From an uncultured Desulfocapsa sp. (GTDB lineage Bacteria > Desulfobacterota > Desulfobulbia > Desulfobulbales > Desulfocapsaceae), in assembly GCA_947311475.1 (NCBI GenBank), contig CAMZLK010000056.1, positions 33,765-97,764 of the forward strand: a DNA stretch of 64,000 nucleotides, read 5' to 3'. The notes under the pieces are model-generated. The model made no database searches. It had not been told where the DNA came from and saw nothing but the letters and a program-made list of their open reading frames with translations. Position numbers and translations under genes: made by a program. Positions 40,084-48,196 of this stretch are shown here, one piece after another; position 1 is the stretch's first letter, and each line of letters opens with the position of its first letter.

Positions 40084-41616
40084 CTAGTTGTTTGCATCTG
40101 GCAACAACAAAGTTGAACCGTTATACCCTTTCACCCCTGCAAGCTCAGCATCGTCAAGCAAAGCATCCTCAAGGTCTGCATCGGTAAGATCAGCACCTGA
40201 TAAATCTGCCCTGTATAAATCGGCCTCGGAAAGATCTGCACCGGTGAGATCGGCACCTCTCAAATTTACACCTTTCAAATTGGCCTTTCCAAAATCTACA
40301 TCCTTCAACGTGGCATTCCTGAGGTCTGCACCTTCGAGATCTGCGCTACCCAGATTTTCTCCGCTAAGATTTACTCCCTGGAGATTACATCCATAACATC
40401 GATTTATATCAATAAGTATTGCGGCATTTTTCATAACTTCCGTAGATGGCTCAGCTGTGGAAAATATATTTAAGACTTTTTCCAACACTCCTCGAGACTC
40501 GTTATTGGATTCTGCTAAAACTTCATTTTTAAGCTCAACTGTTTTTGATTCTTCTGTTAAATTTTGAGTGATCTCCGGTTGCGTTTTTTCTGGTTCAGCC
40601 GTTATACCCTGTGTAGAGGTAACGGAAGTCTCTTCTGATACCATATCGGATGTATGTGCTTCTTCGGTCCGAGTATTGTTTTCAACAGTATCAGGATGTT
40701 TCAAAGATTCAATTATGGTTTCACTTTTTGTTATGGAAGGTTCCCCTGCTGTGCTTCTGCTAACAACACTTTCTTTTGGAACTACCTTATCAATCTTATT
40801 TTCCTTTACAAGGACTTCACCTTCATCTGTTGTCTCTGGGATTACTTCAGGGCTTTGCACGTTTTTAATTTCTTCAACGTCAGGTATTGTTGAAGGAACA
40901 ACATCTTCACGAAGACGAACCTCATTCATGGCAGGAGCAGCCTTTGCTGCTGTTGCAGTAACACTCTCGGAAGGAAGCAATTCTATGGCCACCGTGGCAT
41001 CATCAGTGGAATTATCCTCAACGAGAACCGCAACCGGAGGACCTTGGGCAATCTTTTTTGAAATATTTTCAGTTGGTAGTACAGGTGGAGTTTCTTCAAA
41101 ATCTCGTCTGCTTCCAATTGTCAGGTCATCAGTCTTTTGTGGCGTTTTAGGTTTAACAGTATCTTCTACATACACTGATTCTTCCACATCACTAATTTTT
41201 TCTTCTGCATAAGGCTTTGTATTGAGCATTTCACCGTCCAACAAAGCACCAACCATATATGCACCCGCAAATAATGTTCCTGTTAAATCTGCACCACGCA
41301 TATCCGTATCGGCAAGGTCCGCACCTGTAAAAACTGCTTCACGAAGATCTGTATTTTGAAGATTGGCTCCTGAAAGATTTGTAAGTGCCATTGAGGCGCG
41401 CGATAAATTAGCACCGGCAAGATTGGCTCCTGAAAGCTCCAAACGGTTTAAATTGGCACCGCTAAGGTCACAATTCAGGCAACTTTTTGTTTTCGTAAGA
41501 GTCGTGATATTTTCCTGTACTTCATTTGAAGGTGAGAACTCTACGGCTTGTACTTGTACTGACAGTGGCATAAGCAGAACAAGAGTTAAAATAAAAAATC
41601 GTCCTAAACGATACAT
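40084..41616 (-). CDS. Exported pentapeptide-repeat protein with two repeat domains and an acidic linker
   Basis: Signal peptide (...SVQVQA); A(D/N)LxG repeats after CLNC at the N-terminus and after CYGC at the C-terminus; long E/T/P-rich spacer. Confidence 0.85.
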   Translation of the reverse strand: MYRLGRFFILTLVLLMPLSVQVQAVEFSPSNEVQENITTLTKTKSCLNCDLSGANLNRLELSGANLAGANLSRASMALTNLSGANLQNTDLREAVFTGADLADTDMRGADLTGTLFAGAYMVGALLDGEMLNTKPYAEEKISDVEESVYVEDTVKPKTPQKTDDLTIGSRRDFEETPPVLPTENISKKIAQGPPVAVLVEDNSTDDATVAIELLPSESVTATAAKAAPAMNEVRLREDVVPSTIPDVEEIKNVQSPEVIPETTDEGEVLVKENKIDKVVPKESVVSRSTAGEPSITKSETIIESLKHPDTVENNTRTEEAHTSDMVSEETSVTSTQGITAEPEKTQPEITQNLTEESKTVELKNEVLAESNNESRGVLEKVLNIFSTAEPSTEVMKNAAILIDINRCYGCNLQGVNLSGENLGSADLEGADLRNATLKDVDFGKANLKGVNLRGADLTGADLSEADLYRADLSGADLTDADLEDALLDDAELAGVKGYNGSTLLLPDANN

Positions 41617-41765
41617 AAAGGCTCCTTAACTAACACTATTAGGAATGAAGAACTCAATTTTCTCTCAGATACATACTCTATTTCCCAAAAAAGAGTCAAG
41701 ATTCTCGTTTAAACAAGACCAAAAGATAGAGTCGAAAAAAATCTCTGTTCTCGGGAATTGAATTT

Positions 41766-41923
41766 TTGATAAACTCGTAAAAAGGTCAATTAAGAGATGG
41801 CTTAGTAAAAAACTTCAGATGCGAGGCGCGTATTTTTGTTTGATTTCTGCGTACTAAGGTACGGCGTAATTAAACAAAAAATGCAGCAACGAAGCAAATG
41901 AAAAGTTTTTAGGACGCCATTAA
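41766..41923. repeat. Repeat family C-related element (nested ends)
   Basis: TTGATAAACTCGTAAAAAGG...GATGGCTTAGTAAAAAACTTCAGATGCGAGGCGCG...TTTTTAGGACGCCATTAA; the ends resemble 38501-38657. Confidence 0.6.
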
Positions 41924-42342
41924 TTATCAGATACTTGAACTATCAAACCCGGACACATTTAAAATGATAGTAATTTGTGTTCACATGACCCATGAAAAGA
42001 AAAGCTGACTTTCATTACAGTCTATGATTTCAGCAATTGTGACTGCCCTAATTTTGTATTTATCTTCTTTTGCCAGGTCTTAACTATTCTTAATTAGGAA
42101 TTGTCTCTCAAGAACCTATAAATTTGATCCCTCTTTTTTTGTAGGGTCTCAATGTTTGGAACATTTTTTGAGATTCTAAGAATATTTTTCCTTTGCATAT
42201 ATTTACTATTTGATTTATAAACAAATTCTAACCAATGAATGTTCATTCATTTTGTGTTTTTTGTCGTTTCGTTAGTCATTCCTCCCATTATGTATGGGAA
42301 TACTTTGCTACGAGAAAGCATTACAATCATCGGGGAAACAGG

Positions 42343-44349
42343 ATGGGAGACATGAAAACCACTACCAGAAAAAAAATAGGCATTTTCACCGGTGTTTTCT
42401 TTGCTGTGCTGCTCACCATTACCGTGAGCAGTCGCAGTGCTCTGTCCATGAGCAATGAGGAATGCCTGGAATGCCATGGTGATGAAGATCTCACCAGAGA
42501 AAGCAACGACAGTTCTGTGTATGTCAATGCTGAGATCCTGGCTTCATCTATTCATGGTGATGAAGATTGTATTTCATGTCATCAGGATGCAGATACTGAG
42601 GATGAGCATCCCTCCAAACTGACCAAGGTGAACTGTGATGAATGTCACGAAGATGTCGGTAAGATATACGAGGAAAGTATACACGGGAAGGCGCGCAGCA
42701 GAGGCGATGCGCTTGCCCCCTATTGTTACACCTGCCATGGGACGCATGGTATATTGCCTCCAAGCGATCCCAATTCGAAAGTCTATGTAACTAACATTCC
42801 GAAGACATGCGGTCACTGTCATAAGGAAGGGTCACCTATGACCAAGACCCATGAAAATATCGACCAGCATAATGTTCTTCAGAATTTTTCCATGTCCATG
42901 CATGGCAAAGGCTTACTAAAATCCGGTCTTATTGTTGCTGCTGTATGCACAAGTTGCCACACCTCGCATAATGTCTTGCCTCACACAGATCCCGCCTCTT
43001 CAATCAATCGACATAATGTGGCAAAAACCTGTATGAAATGCCATGCCAATATTGAAAGAACTCACCAAAAGGTTATACGGAAAACGCTTTGGGAAAAAGA
43101 GACTCATAAAATACCCTCCTGCGTAGAATGCCATCAGCCGCACATCGAACGGCAAATAATGTATTCAGACAGCTTGACAGACGATTTCTGCATGAAATGT
43201 CATGATGATCCCAACCTTGTCATGGCCAATGACGAAGGCGGTATAAAAAGTCTTTATGTTGATCTGGAGGAATATGATGAATTTAGAGGAACCCTGCACA
43301 AAAAAGAAAAAATTGCCTGTGTGAAATGTCATTCAAATGTGGATATTGCACGGGAACCCATATGTATAAATTCCGGTCCGGTAGACTGCTCCGCCTGTCA
43401 TCCTGAAGAAAACGATATCTTTCAGAAGAGTATCCACGGAAAATTACTTGCAAAATTAGACCCAAATGCACCAGGATGCACCGACTGTCATGGCAAACAC
43501 GCCAATATGTCGAAAGCCAATCCCGATTCTCCCATTAACCCCATAAATATCCCATTGCTTTGTGGCTCGTGCCACCAGGAAGGCAAAAAGGCTGCGGTCA
43601 GGATAAAAAAGGGGCATGAACATAATATTGTCAGCACTTATTCAATGAGTATCCATGGTAAAGGGCTTGTAAAGAGTGGCCTTCTGGTTTCTGCTACCTG
43701 CGCGAGCTGTCATACAGGGCACTCCATACTGCCTCAGTCAGATCCTGATTCGACTGTCAACCGGAATCATGTAACTGCGACCTGTGAAACCTGTCATTAT
43801 GGTGTTGCCAGAAAAATCAAACAATCCGTTCACAACACACCAGTAGGAGCAGATAGTTCACGTTTCCCAACATGCAGCGACTGCCATTCAGCACACGGCG
43901 CCGCCAGGATTACGGAAGCAGCCTTTAGAAAACAACAGGCAGCAGAGTGTGAGAAATGCCATCAGGAACAGGTGGAAACCTATCGAGAGAGCTATCATGG
44001 CAAGGCATCCATGCTGGCAGGCGGTGAAAGGGCAGCGCAATGCTCCGACTGCCATGGAAGTCATAGTATGTTGCCTGCGACCGATCCTGATGCGACCCTG
44101 TCTGGAGATAATGCAGTGAGAACTTGTCGCAAATGTCACCCTGGTGCGAATTTAAGTTTTACCACTTATAGAACTCACGCCACCCATAGTGATAAAGAAC
44201 ATAACCCTGATATGTATTATGTATTCTGGAGCATGACCATCTTGCTCCTTGGCACTTTTTCGCTTTTCGGTTTACATACCCTACTCTGGATTCCGCGTTC
44301 CCTAAAAGAACGACTAGAGTTAAGGAAAGCCCGGAAACAAAAGAAATAA
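42343..44349 (+). CDS. Membrane-anchored 19-heme cytochrome c (CbcL-like c domain, internally duplicated)
   Basis: 19 CxxCH motifs counted by hand; signal peptide; C-terminal TM helix (GTFSLFGLHTLLWIPR). Start at 42343 or 42352. Confidence 0.9.
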   Translation: MGDMKTTTRKKIGIFTGVFFAVLLTITVSSRSALSMSNEECLECHGDEDLTRESNDSSVYVNAEILASSIHGDEDCISCHQDADTEDEHPSKLTKVNCDECHEDVGKIYEESIHGKARSRGDALAPYCYTCHGTHGILPPSDPNSKVYVTNIPKTCGHCHKEGSPMTKTHENIDQHNVLQNFSMSMHGKGLLKSGLIVAAVCTSCHTSHNVLPHTDPASSINRHNVAKTCMKCHANIERTHQKVIRKTLWEKETHKIPSCVECHQPHIERQIMYSDSLTDDFCMKCHDDPNLVMANDEGGIKSLYVDLEEYDEFRGTLHKKEKIACVKCHSNVDIAREPICINSGPVDCSACHPEENDIFQKSIHGKLLAKLDPNAPGCTDCHGKHANMSKANPDSPINPINIPLLCGSCHQEGKKAAVRIKKGHEHNIVSTYSMSIHGKGLVKSGLLVSATCASCHTGHSILPQSDPDSTVNRNHVTATCETCHYGVARKIKQSVHNTPVGADSSRFPTCSDCHSAHGAARITEAAFRKQQAAECEKCHQEQVETYRESYHGKASMLAGGERAAQCSDCHGSHSMLPATDPDATLSGDNAVRTCRKCHPGANLSFTTYRTHATHSDKEHNPDMYYVFWSMTILLLGTFSLFGLHTLLWIPRSLKERLELRKARKQKK

Positions 44350-44390
44350 AGTCTGTAAATGGTAGTGCTTGAAGAGAATAAGATATCCAA

Positions 44391-44528
44391 TAACGCAGAT
44401 AAACTGCAAGTAAGTGCTTCCAAGGCTTCTCTTCGTTCGCTATCTATTGCTATTCGTAAGATTTTGATATTGTTTCACTCTCATATATTCTTGTTTTTTA
44501 TTGCAGGAATCATAGGGTAAGGCACAAA
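44391..44528 (+). repeat. Repeat family A, copy 4 (between the c and b cytochrome genes)
   Basis: TAACGCAGATAAACTGCAAGTAAGTGC...CTTCGTTCGCTATCTATTGCTATTCGTAAGATTTTGATATTG...GTAAGGCACAAA, closely similar to 1717-1855. Confidence 0.85.
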
Positions 44529-44576
44529 TAATCCTGGTATCTGTACTGAATGTGTTTAAAAATAGGGTAAGCTGAA

Positions 44577-45422
44577 ATGAGTAAAACAAAAACAATATAC
44601 GTCCAGAGATTTACTGTATTTGCCAGAGTTCTACACCTCACAGTAATCATCAGTTTTTTAACCCTCGCACTGACCGGTATGGCCTTGAAATTTGCCGATG
44701 AGCCTTGGGCCGGTGCCATAGCCAGCTTCTTTGGAAGTTTCAAGGTATTGGGAGTTTTGCACAGGATTGGGGCAGTTCTGACATTTGCCTACTTTTTTCT
44801 GCATTTCATTTTGATTTATCAGAATTGGCGTAAAACCAACAAATCGCTCCTGAGTTTTCTCTTTGATAAAACCATCGGTATGGTTCCCAATCTTCAAGAT
44901 TTAAAAGAAATAGGGCAAACACTTAAATGGTTTGTCGGTAAGGGGCCCAAGCCACGTTACGGCCGCTGGACCTACTGGGAGAAATTTGATTACTTTGCTG
45001 TATTCTGGGGTGTAGCTGTCATTGGTCTTACCGGAATCTGTCTCTGGTTTCCAGTCTGGGTAACTCAATACATCCCCGGTTCCTGGCTGAACATTGCGAC
45101 AATTATCCATAGTGACGAAGCGCTTCTGGCCACCGGTTTTATTTTCACCATTCATTTTTTCAATACCCACATTAGACCTGAAAAATACCCACTGGATCGG
45201 GTAATCTTTACCGGCTCAATTACTTTGGATGAGTTAAAGCATGAGCGGCCACGCGAATATGAAATGCTGGTGAAAGAAGGTCGTTTAGACGACGTTATAG
45301 TTGACAAACCTCCCAGGTGGCTTGTCATATTTGCGTACGTTTTTGGTTTCACTGCATTAACTATTGGTATGTTCCTTGTTTTTACTATTATTTATACGAT
45401 AGCGACGTTGACCTTTGGCTAA
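44577..45422 (+). CDS. Di-heme cytochrome b, quinol-interacting (FdnI/CbcL-b type)
   Basis: QRF...RVLH, LHRIGA, GRWTYWEKFDYFAVFWG, IIHSDEALLA, IHFFNTH; about 5 TM helices with candidate His ligands. Confidence 0.88.
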   Translation: MSKTKTIYVQRFTVFARVLHLTVIISFLTLALTGMALKFADEPWAGAIASFFGSFKVLGVLHRIGAVLTFAYFFLHFILIYQNWRKTNKSLLSFLFDKTIGMVPNLQDLKEIGQTLKWFVGKGPKPRYGRWTYWEKFDYFAVFWGVAVIGLTGICLWFPVWVTQYIPGSWLNIATIIHSDEALLATGFIFTIHFFNTHIRPEKYPLDRVIFTGSITLDELKHERPREYEMLVKEGRLDDVIVDKPPRWLVIFAYVFGFTALTIGMFLVFTIIYTIATLTFG

Positions 45423-45459
45423 AAGGTCTGTGTCCCGGATAATGTGCATTCAGGTTTGA

Positions 45460-45765
45460 GTGGTAATGCATAATAGACTACCGACACATACGCGTCTCGG
45501 CACATATATTACCATGGCACTCTTGTTACTTTTTTTTCTTTTTATGCTGAGAAATTGTGCCAGCGCACTGTATTATGGTACAATAACCAATGACTTGGAT
45601 ATTTCCAGGTCATACCAGTCAGGTTTTGCAGATGGCCAGGAGCAAAGTGAAAATCTGAAAGGACAGCCCAAAAAACACATTGCGAATCCACTTCTTTTAA
45701 AAATGTACAGAAAGGGATTTCGTGACAGTAGAGATAAAAACAGGTGTAAAGATGAAATACGTTAA
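45460..45765 (+). CDS. Small membrane-anchored hypothetical protein
   Basis: One hydrophobic helix, Y..GF.DG and YRKGF.D repeats; 12 nt from the next gene. Confidence 0.55.
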   Translation: MVMHNRLPTHTRLGTYITMALLLLFFLFMLRNCASALYYGTITNDLDISRSYQSGFADGQEQSENLKGQPKKHIANPLLLKMYRKGFRDSRDKNRCKDEIR

Positions 45766-45777
45766 GAAGAGGAAAAA

Positions 45778-46563
45778 ATGAAAAGAAAGAGCCATATAAC
45801 CATATTCTCCGTTTTTCTTTTTTGTTGCCTTAGCTCATCGCCCGCTTTTGTGTTTTCTGACGTTATAGATATTCCGACCATCGAAGCGGAAGCATTAAAA
45901 AACGAATTGTACCATGGAGCGCCGATGGTTCTTGCCAATGCTTTGAGTTCCATAGAATTTAAAGATTTAACCATCAAAGAATCGGTTAATATACCATCGA
46001 GTAAAGTACAGGGAAATCTAAATCTTCCAAAGGATAAAGATGAATTATTTGTTTTCTTCTGCAAAGGACCTGGCTGACTTAAGAGCATTATAGCTGCCAG
46101 GAAGGCAGTAAAACTTGGATATACAAATGTTAAATTATATAATGGTGGACTTCCTGATTGGATCAGAAGGAGATATCCGGTTATTCGCACTATCAACTAT
46201 CCAAAGGCAGATATCCCTCTGATGTACCCTGAGCAGGTTCTTTCAATGCTTGATAAAATAGTTATACTTGATATTGGTGGAGAAGCGCTACGACAGATAG
46301 GTGAATTTAATCAGGGGGAAGTCGTACATATACCCATTGATGATCTTGAAGAAAAATATAGTGATCTCCCTAAAGATAAAAAAATTATGATTGTTGACGT
46401 AATGGGTAAACAGGAAGAAATTGCTGGTAGGTTTTTGACGTCCAAAGGCTACAAAAATCTGGCGGCAATTAATGGTGGTGGCCGTGCCTGGTTCATGGCA
46501 GTCAGAATAAATGAAAAGCAAAAAAAAGAAACTTCTGAAAAAGCTTTAAATAACCAGAAGTAA
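45778..46563 (+). CDS. Exported tandem rhodanese-domain protein with selenocysteine (UGA at 46075-46077), 261 aa
   Basis: Signal peptide. FVFFCKGPG-TGA-LKSIIAARKAVKLGYTNVKLYNGGLPDW continues without stops (48 codons) into the 46222..46563 ORF in the same frame. SECIS-like hairpin follows. Confidence 0.8.
46093..46109 (+). promoter_or_regulatory. Putative bacterial SECIS hairpin
   Basis: GCTGCC-AGGAA-GGCAGT; the loop starts 21 nt after the UGA with G at loop position 2, fitting the general bacterial SECIS model. Confidence 0.65.
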
Positions 46564-46628
46564 TGGATCCCTTTCCAGTCAAAGATAGCAATGGCTCAGG
46601 TCAGGAAGTTCTCATCAGAATTTCCCGG

Positions 46629-46798
46629 GAGCTTGTCTGAGAATAGGCATTTTGGTCAAAATCGAAGAATTTTTGAAAATAAGTACAGCCATGTATCTAA
46701 TATTAAGAACATTATTTTCCAACAATTCTGAAGAGTTTGGCCAGGTAGCGAACAAAGAGAGACCTTCGAGGCACTTACTTGCAGTTTATCTGCGTTAG
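46629..46798. repeat. Composite repeat: family B left part fused to a reverse family A end
   Basis: GAGCTTGTCTGAGAAT...ACAATTCTGAAGAGTTTGG (B) abuts GGTAGCGAACAAAGAGAGACCTTCGAGGCACTTACTTGCAGTTTATCTGCGTTAG (A, reverse). Confidence 0.8.
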
Positions 46799-47184
46799 TA
46801 TCGTTAGGCTGGTATCGATACTGAAAAGCACATAGATTTCATTCATTTCCACCCCAAAACTACTCAACTGATTACCATCCCATAAAATTTTTACCCCCTC
46901 CTGTTTTTTGTGTAGAAAGGTTCTACCCTACTTCTTTTTCGATCCAATATACTCTCGCGCTCTTTCAGTATTTTATTATTTTATAATATCTTTAAACTGA
47001 GACTTGACAAACAGGAAAGATGGCAGTATGCATCTTCCTCAGTAGTTGAATTTCACCACTTCGTAGTAGCACACTATGTGGTGATAACGATAATTACTCT
47101 CAGTTTTTATTACTCCTGAATCTTTAATTGCAAGTTTCATTGTCACTTCATTTCACACTGTTCAATATCTACCGGAGCATTAAA

Positions 47185-48129
47185 ATGATCAAAAGCCCTT
47201 TGTTACAAAACAGCATTATTGGTATTTCCGTATCTTTTATATTTGCAGGATACAGTTTGGCCAATGACAATTATGATGTCAAAGAATCTGGCCCTAAGAG
47301 TGACATTATCTGGAACCAACCTATTAAAGCGACATTCAGTCATAAAGTCCATACAATGGATGCTGGTTTAAGTTGTTCAGAGTGCCATGACGACATCTTC
47401 TTCATGCAAAGAGGCACTGCTGTTAACAGCCAGAGATTCACCATGAAAGCCATGGATGAAGGTCAATTTTGTGGTAGCTGCCATGATGGCGATACTGCCT
47501 TTTCAACAAAAACAAACTGTATGGCCTGCCATGCGGCATCAGAAGAGCCCATTATGTGGGATCAACCAACTAAAGCAGCATTCAGCCATAAAGCCCATGT
47601 AGAAGAATTCGAGCTTGAGTGCGGAAGTTGCCATAATAGCATCTTCACCATGAAAAAAGGAGCAGCAGAAAACAATAAAAACTTTACAATGGCTACATTT
47701 AGAGAAGGCAAATATTGCGGATCTTGTCACAACGGTGATGATGCTTTCGATTCCACTACCCAATGTGAAGCATGTCATTTCCCCCCCACTGAAAAGATTG
47801 TCTTCACCCAGCCAGTGAAAGCGGTTGTTTTCGACCATAATATTCACTTAAAAAATGGTGGCCTTTCATGTGAATCGTGTCACAAAGAAGTATTCGCCAT
47901 GAAACAGGGAACAGTTGAAGGGCATGAACTGATCCTGTCAGACGATCCTGTGGAAAAGCGAAAATACCTTGAATCCCTTCATAGTCAATATTGTGGTTCA
48001 TGTCATGATTCATCACAGGCATTCGGGTATCTTACAAGATGCACTGTCTGTCATGTTGGAGTGAAGGGTTTAAAAAAGCTTCAAAAAGGAGAGAAAAAGA
48101 AAGATGCTCATGAAACAAGTGCTCATTAA
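47185..48129 (+). CDS. Nonaheme cytochrome c made of three c7-type triheme domains
   Basis: 9 CxxCH; three repeats of FSH/FDH..H....C..CH..IF.M....M....G..CGSCH...AF....C..CH; signal peptide; ATG 47185 after GGAG. Confidence 0.9.
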   Translation: MIKSPLLQNSIIGISVSFIFAGYSLANDNYDVKESGPKSDIIWNQPIKATFSHKVHTMDAGLSCSECHDDIFFMQRGTAVNSQRFTMKAMDEGQFCGSCHDGDTAFSTKTNCMACHAASEEPIMWDQPTKAAFSHKAHVEEFELECGSCHNSIFTMKKGAAENNKNFTMATFREGKYCGSCHNGDDAFDSTTQCEACHFPPTEKIVFTQPVKAVVFDHNIHLKNGGLSCESCHKEVFAMKQGTVEGHELILSDDPVEKRKYLESLHSQYCGSCHDSSQAFGYLTRCTVCHVGVKGLKKLQKGEKKKDAHETSAH

Positions 48130-48196
48130 CACAACCTACCTGCCTACAAACTGAGTGAGCAACTATAGCTTTTACTATTAATTGAGAGGAGAAAAA

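Noticed and set aside
42157-42172. Sigma54 promoter upstream of the 19-heme gene (TGGAAC-N5-TTGA)
   Set aside because: It lacks the invariant GC at -12.
45778-46563. Two separate small genes, or a nonsense pseudogene
   Set aside because: The ORFs share a frame, the intervening sequence is intact rhodanese, the UGA falls at a Cys-equivalent active-site position and a SECIS-like hairpin follows. Sec recoding is the more parsimonious reading, though unproven.
47040-47100. Riboswitch-like leader before the nonaheme gene (TCACCAC...GTGGTGA stem)
   Set aside because: A single stem with no recognisable aptamer consensus.
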